Virus record (IMG/VR): IMGVR_UViG_3300029268_000010
Coordinates: 1-64,000 of that record
DNA length: 64,000 bases
Reading direction: 5' to 3' (one strand)
Source of the DNA: a virus
The stretch's first letter is position 1. Every line of letters starts with the position of its first letter. The notes under the pieces were generated by a model that saw only the letters and a list, made by a program, of their open reading frames with translations, was not told where the DNA came from and did not search any database. Position numbers and translations under genes: made by a program. Shown here piece by piece: positions 40,702 through 54,900 of this stretch.

Positions 40702-42894
40702 ATGGCAATACTTGATGCTTTAAAAGACGGCCAGCCGGAATATCCATTATACCAACCTGACTCATGGGAATTCAAAGCTCCCAAGGGTTTACTTACTTAT
40801 GCTGCACTTATGGGCGGTTCGAGTACATCGAAATCTGGAAGTAGTAAAAAAGGTGCAAAACCATTTCCGGGCATGGAAGGACAACATCAATATGTGACGG
40901 AAAAAAAACAATTATTTGATGAAGAGGTTGCTGATGTTTCAAGTAGATTGATGTCTGGAATGAAAATGAGTGGTGATCCATTAGGATATATAAAAACTGA
41001 CGAAGGAAAGGCGCTTGTTGAAGAACTTACAGTACTTAATAGAAAGGCTACAAAACTTGCTGAAAACAAACAATTCACAGAACAGAATTATGAAGCATAT
41101 GTAAAAAATGAAGCAATAGTAAATAGTACAAAAAAGTCCGGTGGGCAGTATGACTACAATCCTACGACAGGACAATATACCGGTATTATTACAAAAAAAG
41201 ATGGATCTTTTGAAGAAGTCAGTGCTTCAGATGTTGCTACTTTATGGTCAAATGGTGCCATACCTATTACTGTTCAAGACAAGAATGATCTGATCAATAA
41301 ATATTACACTGCTGATGCAAATGGGGTGATTCGTAAACCACAGTTTTCTACCGGTTTTGATAGTTCTGCAGACTGGACTACAAAAATGACATCATATCTT
41401 GAAAGATTAAAGACTACTTCTGGTGGTGACCTTGGATTCGCCGCACAAGATGTTGATGTAGGAACAGATGTCTATGGAAATCCAAATAAATATGTATTTA
41501 AACATGGTACTTATGAAGGTAATTATTCTGCTTGGTTAACAACTCATGGTGCCGGAGTAAAGAATTTATTGGAAGGTGATGATCTTGCCAGTGCAAAAGA
41601 AGCATATAATAGAGATTTATGGAATGGAGATCCCGATGCGTGGGAATATGAAACCAAACAAAATGCACAAGGACAGGATGAATATATTGAAGATGAAGAT
41701 GCAATGCATGGATTAAAGTCTACTAAAAGAACATTTGATGAATGGTTAGAACAAAAAATTATTGAACAGAAAACAGGATTACAAACTTATAAACCCTCTA
41801 TTGGTTATACTACAATGGATAATCCAAATGCTGCAGGCGGTGGTGGTGGAACTGGTGATAATGTTAATTATTGGGAATTATTAGAATATGATCAGTCGAA
41901 AAATCTTTTAGGAGAAAAAAATCTTGATTGGAAAACAGGAGTTTTGGATTTGGGTGAAGTTGCTGCTAATTTAAGTAAGGTTAATGGATTGACGTCTACT
42001 TCTGCTAGTTATTTGTTAAATCAATATAAAACTGCTGCAAAAGAAAAACTCAAAGCTACAGGATATTCTGAAACATCAATTACTGATGATATGATTAATA
42101 AAACTGCATGGAATTTAGTTTCGGCTAAAGATCAGAAAACAATTATAAAAGGAGTTATTTCAGCACAAACACAAGCAAAAACAGGAGAAGAATATACTGC
42201 TTTAGCACGTATGTATCCAGGATTAACTGTATGGAATCCTTTTAATTGGAAATTATATAAAGATGAAAAAAATCAGATAACAACTGCATTAATGGTAGGA
42301 CCAGAAAATGTTCAGAAATATGGGGCTGATATTATTCAAACAAGTATAAGGACAGATGTTCAAGTTAATAATGGAATTACTTTTGATAAAGTTTCCAAAC
42401 ATAATCCTGTTGGTGTTGGCATGACAGCCATAACAGATTTTACTGCTACTAATAAAAAAGAACCAATGATTATTAAAGCAGAATCTCAATTTGTACTTAA
42501 TGGTAAACCCTATACAAATGTTGTTGTATTGGTAGATAAATCGGATGCAGCTTTAAGTAAATTAAAAGGATATTTACCAAATACTAGTGGAGAATTAGAG
42601 TTAGTAGATTATACTGATCCAAGAATTAAACAATTTATAAAAGATGGATCGTTTCTCGAAACGTTTGGTTTAAATGTAGGTTCGTTAACAGCTGAAGAAG
42701 GTTTAATGTTAACTACTAATGGATATACCGCAGCTTCTGATGATTTTTATATGGTTCCATTAACTATTGATGGAGATTGGGTAAAAGATCAAAAATGGAC
42801 AACTGCTGGTTCCAGTAAATTATTTACTGCTATTGAAAGTGGATTTATAAATAATATGGCAACTGATGTTGAAAGTGATATTACTACTAAATAA
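40702..42894 (+). CDS. Large cargo/internal virion protein (730 aa)
   Basis: Long ORF directly upstream of the RNAP polyprotein. Confidence 0.55.
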   Translation: MAILDALKDGQPEYPLYQPDSWEFKAPKGLLTYAALMGGSSTSKSGSSKKGAKPFPGMEGQHQYVTEKKQLFDEEVADVSSRLMSGMKMSGDPLGYIKTDEGKALVEELTVLNRKATKLAENKQFTEQNYEAYVKNEAIVNSTKKSGGQYDYNPTTGQYTGIITKKDGSFEEVSASDVATLWSNGAIPITVQDKNDLINKYYTADANGVIRKPQFSTGFDSSADWTTKMTSYLERLKTTSGGDLGFAAQDVDVGTDVYGNPNKYVFKHGTYEGNYSAWLTTHGAGVKNLLEGDDLASAKEAYNRDLWNGDPDAWEYETKQNAQGQDEYIEDEDAMHGLKSTKRTFDEWLEQKIIEQKTGLQTYKPSIGYTTMDNPNAAGGGGGTGDNVNYWELLEYDQSKNLLGEKNLDWKTGVLDLGEVAANLSKVNGLTSTSASYLLNQYKTAAKEKLKATGYSETSITDDMINKTAWNLVSAKDQKTIIKGVISAQTQAKTGEEYTALARMYPGLTVWNPFNWKLYKDEKNQITTALMVGPENVQKYGADIIQTSIRTDVQVNNGITFDKVSKHNPVGVGMTAITDFTATNKKEPMIIKAESQFVLNGKPYTNVVVLVDKSDAALSKLKGYLPNTSGELELVDYTDPRIKQFIKDGSFLETFGLNVGSLTAEEGLMLTTNGYTAASDDFYMVPLTIDGDWVKDQKWTTAGSSKLFTAIESGFINNMATDVESDITTK

Positions 42895-42902
42895 TTATTA
42901 AT

Positions 42903-45900
42903 ATGCCTATAGACGAAACTATAAAAACTGAACCGGTAAATATAAATTTTAGAGATAAGACTTTTTCTAATAATTTAGATTTTGCTTCACGATTATTAAA
43001 GGGTGATGATCTTGGTGACATCTGGCATGAGAGTAATAATTATGATGCTGAACCCGTATTATATTCTAAGGAATCTTTAGCAAAAAAATATCCTACTGTA
43101 GATCCTACTAAATGGGATGAAATATATCCAGAGATAGAAGCACAATACGATCTTTATAAAAAAGGTCAGTTTACAGCCGGACAAACTAATAAATTTTGGT
43201 TACCAATAACTGAGGGTACTTCAACGGCTATGCGTAAGTATCAACAGACCTCAACTCCTTTATTAAGACCTACTATACCTACAATAGCGTATACTCCATT
43301 TGGTGAAATTCCTCTTATGCATGATGATGAGGCAGCTACTAACGTAGGAATGGTTATGACAAAATCAGGTCTATGGGAACCTCTCAGTACTGACAAACCA
43401 CTCAATAGGATGAAAAGAATGTATGGAGATATGATAAATACTCCATATACTTATTGGAAAGAATCTGAAGATAATGAGTTCATTAATGGTGATGAGATAA
43501 AACTTGCAAGTTGGCTTGGTGACAGATCACTGACTTCTAATTTCTTTGGATCTCATGTCAGGGGAACAATAAGTGGTGTAATGAAATTCGCTTCTGGAAT
43601 TGGTCAGTTAATTGATGTCGCCGGGGATTCTTATAAATCATACGATTCACAATTAAATGCATTACAGAATTTCAATAAAGCTTTTTTTACTACCAATAAA
43701 GATAAATTTGGTGGAGAAAATAAAGATATCCTCTGGACTGATAGAGTTGGCAATAATTGGACTAACTGGGCTAATCAACAAACCAGGCAGAACAATGATG
43801 AGAAAGAAGGATATTTTAACGATTTAAATGCTTTCATATTTGGAACGTTCGATGGTGTTGGACAGATGGCCCCGTTGATTGCTTCATCATATCTTGTAGG
43901 TGCCGGTTCGCGTGGACTTCTTGGGTTTTCAAAAGCTTCTAGTCTTGCTAATAAAACGTCGATGGTTTTAGGATCTGTTGAGGCTGGAGGTATGTTCAGA
44001 CAGGAAATGAAGAAATTGGGAATCCCTGATACTGAGTCCGCGAAATGGTGGGCTCCTTTTGCTGTTGCTACATATCTCTCTGAGAGTATATTTAGAACAA
44101 ATGTTGTCCAGAATATATGGGGTAGGGATATGAAGAATTTGGTACTCCCTGCTATTCGTCAGAATTTAAAAGAAGCAGCTATTAAAAAAGGAACTTCTGT
44201 TAATGGACTTTCCAATGAAGTGAAAGCTGGTATCTTTAAAAAAGCATACAACACTTTTATAAAGAGTCCTGATAGTTGGTTAACAAAATTAGCCAGTAGT
44301 AAAAATGTAGCAGTAAGAGGTTTTGCTGGTGGTGTAGAAGAAGGTTCTGAAGAACTTGTAGAAAATGCAATGGATATGGGTATTGCTTATACTTATAATT
44401 CGTTGGCATTTGCAAGTGCTTTAAATACTAAAAGTCGTTTTGATGGTGTTACCTGGACAACAGGTACGGATCGTGCCGGAGTTGAAAGATATTATAGAAT
44501 CGAACCTACTGGTGCCAAGAAACAGATTGATGAGGAAAAATGGCAAGCTGAACAGGATGAATATGAATTTTCAAATGCAGTAATAAAAGGAGAAAAGAAT
44601 CTAAGCGAAGAATTTGGATGGACTGATGCTCCTGCAGCTTTTTTTAGTACATTCATATTGCTTGGTATGGGAAAGATAGTTGGTGTCAATAAAGGACAGA
44701 ATGAAAAACGTACTATTCATAAAATAGCTTATGATATAGCAAAGAATCCTTCATTGAAACAAAAGTATATGGAGGTTACTCAATCTCATATTCCCACAGG
44801 AGAGTTTGGTTATACCCATATTGATGAGAATGGTGTTACTATTAAAGAAGAAGAAAAAGGAACCGTTCTTTCTCAGGCACAAAAGAATCATGATTTATTC
44901 TGGCAAGATGTAGATCTTATTACCAATATAATTCAGGAAGGTGAAATGACAAGTCCTGAATTCACTGCTAAGATGATGGGTGAAAGTACGATGATCCTTG
45001 ATGCAATTAATTTGAAAGTTAAATTAAAATCATTAGCAGTAGATCTGCAGAAAGTGCGTGCCAATGATCCTAATGTAAAAAATCTTACCGAAGAAGGAAT
45101 ACTTGCTGAGATCGATCAGAAGCAGAAGGATTACGATTATCTTACAATGTCCAAGACAGATTATACTTTAAAATATGGTACATCCAAAGAGACGGAAGTC
45201 ATAGAAGAAGGAATGAAGAAAAAGAAACTTCCAGCAAAAGAAGGAAAAACTTCTTGGGCTTATACTGAAAGGTTTCTTAATTTTATGGAAATGGATAAGT
45301 ATCGTGATAAATTTGTTGAAGATTTAGCAGCTGCAAAATATCAAAAATTATTAAAGAAAGTAGAAAAAGGAGAGGCAACACAAGCAGAATATGATGAAAA
45401 AGTAAATACTTTTAAGGCTGAGAAAAAAACAGATTTATTAAAAAATGGTCACAAAAATGGATGGTCTACATTTTATGCTATTTATGCGAATCCATTATTA
45501 ACAGGAGGAATGAATGCTATCGATTTATTCTTTAATGATTCTGAAGAATTCAAATCAAATATTACTGAAAGAATTGCAGCGATAAATGAAGAATTTAAAA
45601 AATACAACCAAACTGATACTACTGTTCTTACTGATAAATTAACAGAACTACAGAATACATTGAATACTGTTTTAGGTTCAAAAGGTTCTCATAATATTGC
45701 AAATTTTGAAAAAGGTAAATTAGAAACTTCGGATGTAAAAGCTATTACCGATAGTTATCAAGATCTTATTAATAGTGTTCATGAGGTTGTGAATATTGCC
45801 AGGGCAACTCCGAATCTCGATGCTAAAGTCAAATCATCAATAACTTCTTTACTTGGAACATTCCAGACTATGAGTGATGAGGCAAATAATCATCTTGTAG

Positions 45901-48900
45901 GGGAATTCGAAAATTATCAAACACAGAATACAAAAGGTCTTTCTCCGGAAGCTATTGCAAAGAAACAGGCAGTATTGGACAATGAAGGAAATATTGATTC
46001 CATACTTAAGTCATTTGAAGCAATGGATGAAAGTATAGCAATTGGAACACAAAATTTTGCTAATCCAATTAATCAGATTAATAATTTTGATGAATTAACT
46101 TCTGAGTTACAACAAAAATTAAAACATGAAGCTTTTGTTGCTTTCATAAACAAGATCGCTGGTGGTACTACATTAGAAAATTACAAAAAACTTGCTGCTG
46201 AAAAAGTTACTGTTGAAAATCCCGGAGTGATATCTGCGTTAATGCAGAATTCCTTAAATGGACTAAATAGATTAAATTATTTCTTAACACGTCTTGGTAT
46301 TCATATAGATACTCTTGAAAAAAATCCTGATTATGTTGAACATGCTCTTACATTTGGTGATGAACAATTACAGATAAGTGCCGAAGAGAGAGATATATTA
46401 AAAAATATTATCAGAAATAAAGCTATTGAAGTTAATGATGTTAAGGTATGGGCCGAAAGTCATGTTGCAAGTAAGGAGACATCACAATTCAAAGAAGCCT
46501 GCATGCGCCTCGATCATAAACGTATGGTTATAGAGTTTGCTGCATTACAGAATCAACCAAGTGTTAGTCTTGTCGATATAGATGATTTCCTTAGTAAGAA
46601 TGGATTGACAGGAAAGAATGGCATCCAAATGATATTTGATGCTTTTACTGATGATAGTCAGACTGCTAAAACAGAAGGTAAAAAAGGAAAGGCAATAAGT
46701 CTGTATGAACAATTAGATAAATTGGTAACCATACAACTTGACAATCTATGTAAGGATTCAAAAGTTGTTTATGATTATATTCTTGACAATTTAAAGAAAC
46801 CTGATTTCGCTAATAATGGTTATGATTTCCTCAATGAATTTAACTCAGGAACATTTATAGAAAGTGAACTGTTAAAATATGGTGGTACTTTTTCCAGAGA
46901 AGAAATGGAAAAGAAAGGTACTAATCCTGAAAAAGCACAGAAATGGTGGTTAATTGTTACAATGACCGCAAGACTGCATTTATTTGGGCAAGTACAGAAA
47001 GATGGCAAAACCCGTTATACATACTCTCAGGCACGCCAAGCTTATCGTGACGTCCTTAAAACAAAAAAACAGAAAAAAATCAATGACAAGGTTGCTACTA
47101 TAGCACAGGAGGATCTCATTACACATATGGTAATGTTTTCAATGACTCCTAATGCCAATACTGATTATGTAAAAATATTAAGTATAGCTGGAAATTATAT
47201 ACCAGGTACTTTGGTTGTTCGTGGTTTCGGTGGTGCAGGGAAGAGTACGGTTGTTATGTCAAACACAATTGAAACAGTAGCAACCCTTCGCGATAAAAAA
47301 GTGAAAGTATCTGTTTATTCTACTAACAATGCACTAGCTAAACAGCATTCTGATAATCTTGAACTTTTAAAACAGTTAGGTGTGGTAGATTACAAAAGTT
47401 TATTGATGCCTGATTTAATGAATAAAGTTGCTGATTCATCGATTGCTGATGATGTGGATTTAGTATTCATTGATGAAGCAAGTCAGTACGGTGATCAGAT
47501 CTATAATGAATTGCAAAATGATATTCTAAAGGATAATAAACGCCCTGTCATAATTTTAGGTGACGATACTCAAATGATCCCTGAAGATAATGCAAAAGGT
47601 GGCTCTACATTCTTTACCGGTCTCCCGCGCATGAACATGATTGGGGAGAGAACACTTCCGATTGTAGAGGTATTTAGGACTGGTGTTGAGATATTGTATC
47701 AGTTACAGTCTTATTTGCGTACTACAAAGCGATTGTCAACGGAACAGATGGATAACATTATTCTTCCTGGTGCACTTCATACAAGTGATTCTAACTATGG
47801 TTACAAACACAGGCAAAATATTGATCAGGTTATTGAAGATTTTATTAATACTGTCAAGAACGATCCTGGTGCAGTAGCAACTGATGTTTTACTTATATTC
47901 TTGAATTATAAAGATTATACCGATGCTATTGTCAGTGGAAAATATGCTACCCAATTACAGAATTATCTTCCTTTTATTAAGTTTTTGACATATGATATGC
48001 TCAATCCGGATCTTACTGTTTCCGGTTTATCATCCAAAAAAGTATATTTTGCATGTGATGTGTTTCATGATGATAGAATGGATATAAGCGATTCTGATAA
48101 AAGAAATGTGTTTATTCGTTCTTTACTTACTGCTAGTTCCCGGGCTGTCAATTTCTTTGAAATGGTAGGACCTGATTTCCTTTATAATCCACAGGAACTT
48201 GATTGGATTCCTGGCATGGTAAATGTATCGCAAGATCCTATTATAAAAGCTGCAGAAGATTTAGCGCAACAACAGATAGACAGAAATAAAGCAATAACCC
48301 GATTAGATAATATCGTTGGTCCAAGTACCTATAAGGATATTGTTAATCCTCCACCGGTATTTTCTTTTAATCGTAATCTTGATTTGCAGAATGAACCAGA
48401 AGTTCTTGTAAAAGTACAGGAAGAGATTGAAAGGATAAAAGCAAATGTGCGTGATGCGAAAAAAGTAAGTGCAACTTCATTTGTTAATTGGTCGTCGACA
48501 GTTAATGTAGAGAACCAGGCACGAAATAAAGTCTTTGTTGCCGCTTTACGTTATAATATGTCGTTGGACTATGGTAATTTTACGGAAGAACAGCAGAATG
48601 AATTTCTCAAATATTTAAATGATTCTGCTAAAGAATATTCTAGTCTAGTAGGTATTGATGAAGCATATCGTTTTGCAAAATCAGTACTTAATTCGTTGTA
48701 TTTTACCAATGAGTTAACATCGTTAATGAGTAATCCTTTGACTTTAATAAACCCAGTTATATCCTTTGGTGATATCCAGGGCATGCCTGCAATGGTAAAA
48801 ATAGTAGGTACACATGAGGTCAATGGAAAGATAGTACCGATAGTAGATATTATCGATTTTTGGTTTACCAAGTCTGCAGTAAAGGGTTACGAAACACAAC

Positions 48901-51900
48901 AGGTTGAAAAGATGGCCGCTTATGCAGCATTATTAACTGCTAATGGTTATCATATCAATAAAACAGTTCTTTATAATGTAGTTGAAACAACGGTCAATGG
49001 AAGAAATGATGCTACCTATGGTGGTACTTTTGTACTTAATGAAGATGAACTTTCAAAAAGTATAATTACTATGACCGGTCCTTCTAAAATGAATATTGCC
49101 AGTAGTATTCCATTCAATGACAAAACCATTCTTGTTTCCGAAGAAGAATACATGGAAAATGAGAGAGTCATTATTGATGATAAAAATACAAAGTATGCAG
49201 TAGGCAATAGATTTTATTCTCCAAAAGACAATATAGTTTATAGAGTTGATTCTTTAACCCAAACAGGTGTAAAGACTCCAAAGATTGCTGTCTGGATGAA
49301 GAATAATAAAAATGACAATGTAGAGAAGTTTACTTATCGTCAAACAGAGAATTTTTTACCTTATGATCCACAGAATCCTCCGTTATGGAAGTCGTCAGCT
49401 GTTCGTTTCAAAAATGAAGGAACTTTTTATTCCAGTAATGCCCATACATTGGTATTAGGATTTCAGGGTTGGGGCGTAGATCCTTTGGAGAAATTACTTC
49501 CGACATATAGAAAAGGTTATTGGGATATCAAAGACGTTTTTGGAGATATACATAATCCTTTCCTATCTATTAAAAATGATATTTCTGCTACTATTGATGA
49601 TAGGAGTAAGAATTATATAATGAGAGTTTATCAGAATCTCCCATTCTTACAAATTGATACCGATGGAAATATTCTTCCTATTATTGGTAATACTGGTTAT
49701 GCTGTTACTGTTGAGTTGAATGACAAACAAATAGATAAACTGATTAAAAATTTACCTATTTTAAAGAAATATGGCATTAATGATATCGATACATTTAAAA
49801 GATATGGATTTCATATAATTGGTTCTCTTGGAAAACCTGATATCAATTTTAAAAATAGTGACGGAACAAGAAATTATGTTTCTGATGTTGATATTGATGC
49901 TTTCATAAAAGGAACAAAGACAACAGAAGAAATATTTAAAAATGCATTTGCTGGAGATCCTGATGCAGAATTACGCAAATTAAACATTGAATATAATACT
50001 GAATTACTAAATAACATACGTGTTGGTATGCAGAATAATGGCATTGTAAGTACTAATGTCACTATGAAAAACAGAGAATTAAATGTTAGTTTTAGTAATA
50101 ACAATAAATCATATAAAGATTTTGAAGAACAAATGGATTTCCAGGGTTTGACTGTTGAAGGTAAACCTAAAGCAGAACAACAAGCTGGAAAAACACATTT
50201 CTATGTTACTGTAAACAGAGGAAAGCAACAAGAGAATGTGTCAATACAATTCGATAGCCGCGAAGTTGATTCAGCGTATATTCTTGGTACAATAATGAAA
50301 AATTATGATGATAATAAACTTATCATCAAAGAAGTATTGGACCGTATAGAGGAATTGATGAAAGAGGAAGCTCCAAAGAATTCCACAAAAGAAGAAATTG
50401 AAATTTTCGAAGAGAAGAAATTAAAAGATGCCGGATCTAATGCAAGTCAATTATGGAAAACATTAAGAACTACTGAATTTTATCAGTTTCTTATGCATAA
50501 TAAGAGTGTTCTAAAGAAGAATTCTGAGTTTGATAATTATATGAATATCGGAAAGAAGATCACATTCAAAGGACAGTCTACAGAATATAAAATGAAAAAT
50601 ATTTCCAGGACTCTTGAACGTATAAGAGAAATGGCAGAAAAAAATAGTGTTAAGTTTTACATGACCGCATTTGATCTTGATAAAACTACTGGTGAAAAAA
50701 TAGTTCGTACCGAAAATCTTGTTACTAAAGTTTCATCAATATCACAAAGAGAATTTCATGTATCAGTACCCAAAAATATAAAGAGTAAACCGGCGCCAGC
50801 TTCTACTTTTGCTCCATTTAAAAGAATTGATGGTGAGTTTACGGATGATGATCTGATTGAAGAATCGTTGATGCGTGCAGAACTTTATAATCTTATAGGT
50901 AATCTTGTCGATACAAAATTATTTGTAGATCCTAATGGTTTTGTGCTTTCTAATGATGGTGTTAATTTGTGGGGGGCCGTAAGGGATGGATTAATTGAAA
51001 TAAGTACGGTAAGAGGAAGGGTTCATAAGGCAGTAGGAAGACATGAGGCAATACATTTTATCTTGCATTATATGGTAAGACCTGAAATGCGGGAGAAGAT
51101 CATTGCTGATGCCAGAAATCAAATGGTAAGGAAAGGATATAAGGACTTATCATATATTGGAGTTCATGAATATATAGCAAGTTTATTTGAAACTAAACCG
51201 ATTAGAAAAGCTACTACTATTTTAGAAGAATATCTTCGTAAGTTCGTGATGTGGGTTACTCGCGTTGCTCAGCAGTGGGGTTTATACAATAATCATCTTA
51301 ATGCATTCATGTATTCTGCAAGAAGTGGTTATTATCGTGATCAGCCGGCAATGAATCAGAGTGATGGTTATACTTTTGAAATGCGTCCTAATAATTACTA
51401 CAATTCTTTGGATATGAAAGAACTTGTAGATAATGTTTTCCCTGGTGATGCAAAAAGAATGGCTACTATTTTTAAATTAATTCCTGATTGGAAAAATTTC
51501 TCATCATTTGGAAGGAATTTGAAACACTATAATCTTACTTATGGCATGCAGTTATTGGCTATGAGAACATTATATCGTGAACTTGATGAATCATTACCTA
51601 CAAATGTTACTGTACGTGTAAGAGAGATAACCAATGAAGAAACACAACAAACTGGTAAACTTTATAATTATTTCGAAGGTAATGTAAATGACATGTCTCC
51701 GAATGTTCTCAGTATTGCTGTTGTGAATAGAAGAGAATCTGAGATGAATGATAATGCCATTGAACGATATATCATTAATAGGTTTGCTCAGCAACCAGAA
51801 GTGATGTATTCATTAATGCAAGATCTATTTGAGAATATTGACGTTGAAAGAGCAATTAATTTAACATTTTCTGATTCTAAAAATTCTCCTACAGGTAATA

Positions 51901-54900
51901 AAGGAACCAATGTGATTAAAAGGGATAATGAATTATTTGATCCAATGACATCACAATCTCCCATGTTACGTAAAATCCTTTCGTCACTTACTTATTATAG
52001 TCACAAAACAGGTGAAAGACAACACAAATTCATCAGAGAGGCTACTTTGCAATATATATTAATTGATACTGTTGCTACTTTAAAACAAAAAGGAACTAAT
52101 CCTACTATTGCGGAGATTATTAAATCTATGCGTGGGGAGTTAACAAAGAAGTCCGTAAATACAGAACATAAAAATATCATTTATAGTTTCCTTCATGAAT
52201 TTGGTGAGGAAAATAATGGTTATGAAGTCGAAGATATCATTACCAGGGATAACGAAGAATTAAAAACCAGTTTTGCTGACTGGGGAATGGTGTATTTTAT
52301 CGAACATGCTGAAGATTTGAAACAGGCATTTCCTGATATGAAGGAAAGGATCAATGATAAAGTATATGAGGCCAGGGCAATGCTTAATGGAATAGTTTCT
52401 TATTATCAGTCATTACAAACACTTGCAGCTATAAAAGGAACTGTCAATAAAGATGGCAGTATAGATTTTGAAGAATTTGGTAAGAATCTTGAGAATGTAG
52501 TAAAAGCTGATTTAAGAAAAATAATGCGAGATTCGGTTCTTACTTCTGATAAATCTACTATTGCTAAAAGAATTAGTGAAACTTTTATTGGTCCAAAAAG
52601 AAGATATGTATTTCATAAAAGTACAGGAAAGAATCCTGTTATGGGATTGTATGAAGTATCTACTGATAGATTAATAATATCTACAAGTACATGGAGAATT
52701 GCTGCAGTAGATTATAATGCAATATCTGAGTTTTTAGGTTTATCTAAAAGATTATCTGATAGTGAGGTTCTTGGTACTGTCAATAATCAAACACTTGGTC
52801 AACAGTTTTTTTATATGGTGGCCGGTCTTGCTGTTTCGTCTGCAATTAGTACAAGTGCAGATTTAGCTTTTAAAGACGTTGACGAAAACAAATTGTTATT
52901 AGTCGATGATAAGGGCGTCATTATTCCTAACAAAGATTATATAAGAGAAATAGAAACTCAGGTAAACAGTAAATTAGGTGTTGATGATAAAGGGAAAAAG
53001 ATAACTTATATGAATTTTCCTGAGTTAAAGGAATTACTCGATACGTACTATAAAGACAATGGATTTCAAGCAGAAGATATAAAGAAAATTGAAGTTGGTG
53101 AGAATATCATTAATCTAAAGATGAAACTTTATATTCCTGATCAAATATTTACTTTCTTCAAAGAAATAGCAAAAGGACTTATTTATGAAGGTCGTTATGA
53201 TAATAATAGGATGATCATGAATGTTGACGATGAACCTGTTTATATTCATATATACAGTTCTTTGTTTGCTGAGTTATGGAATTCTGGATCATCACAGACT
53301 GTTGCTAATATACAGACTCGTATTAAGACAGAAGATACAAAAGGATCCCCGTTATATTCTATTGAAAAAGATAAAAAAGGGAAAACCACTATTGTTTACA
53401 ATAATGCCGCATTAAATGGTAAATTAGGATGGGAACCATATGCCCGTAATTTTGGATTAGAAAAAGTATTTAAGGCATCACAGTTTAAGAATATGACTAT
53501 AAAGGATGTTCTTTCTTATATGATTGAGTTGACTGATGATTATATGAGTAACAAAACAACATCTGATACTTATCCTGTAATGTTTGAAACATTTTCTGAT
53601 AAGAATTTCTCTCCTATACTTCCGACTTATGCTATGGACCAGGGAAACAAAATCAAATTATTTAAGATTGAATACAATGATGAATTAGGTAAATTTCAAT
53701 ATATAGTTGATGAAACTCATATGGTAAGTATCATTGATGATATTGTACGGTATTATGATCGCGTTAGAAAATTAGCAAATAAAGACATAATGCGTGAATT
53801 TAAAATGTCTACTGCAGAATTCAATAATTACATATCTACAATAAGTCCTAATAGTTCTGCTGGAATGGATGTACGTTTTCGTTTAGAGGAAAATGTTCAT
53901 TTTGTAATAAAAGGTAATACTTTTTTACCAGGAAGAGCATTTGCTTCTGATAATGTTTACAATGAAGCATTTTCACAGAAATGGAATGCCGAAACAGAAG
54001 GTGGTAAATACAATTTAATAAGGAAAGCACATCATGATCAATTTTTGAATTTCGGTAAGTTGATAAATGAAAGTGGATATGTATTACCCAAACAAATTCT
54101 TTCTAAATTTTCTCATTTCGGAATATATCAGCAAGAAGTGGATGAAGAAACAGGTGAAACATTAAATATTACACTTGCACAGTTATATGCTGAAAGAAAA
54201 TCGACTCTTAAAAAATTAGATCTTCAGATAAAAGAAGAACAAAATCCTGATGTAAAAAACACTCTTATAATTAAACATTCTACTGAGAAAATCAGATATA
54301 ATGAATTAATTAAAACATTCAATGAAGGTATTGCTGAGAAAAACTTCATGATGCCTTCTGTTAAAAAATCAATACTTCATGGAGAAACTTCAATTGAAGG
54401 AGAATGGCATCCATTTCTTGAAACAATGTACTGGATGTTCCATATGATGAATGAAACAATATCTCCATTATACAGGGGTCCTTCTATTTATTATCAGGAT
54501 ATCACTGATTTCATTAAAAGAGCTGCAGGAGATAATGCACCGGGTACTACAATGGTCGCCCAGGATGGCAATGGCATAGGTTCTAAAATGAATTTTATTG
54601 CCTTTAATGATATTCCCGGGTTCAATGAATTATTTGATGAAAAGACAGATCCATATCATGATTTACATACCAATGGTTTTGTTCCGGCAAATCCAGTAAG
54701 TTATAAAATGATGCAGCACTCTTCTGGTGATGCTATTGGAAATATATATCAGGGAGCTTTGAAACCTGTATATAAGTACTACGATCCTATTAAGAACAAA
54801 GAAGTATATCTTAAAATGGCAATGATGCCCATTACGTTCAGTCAGTTTAAGAATCATATTTACTATCAGACTTTAATGAGAACATTCCTTGGAGAGAAAT

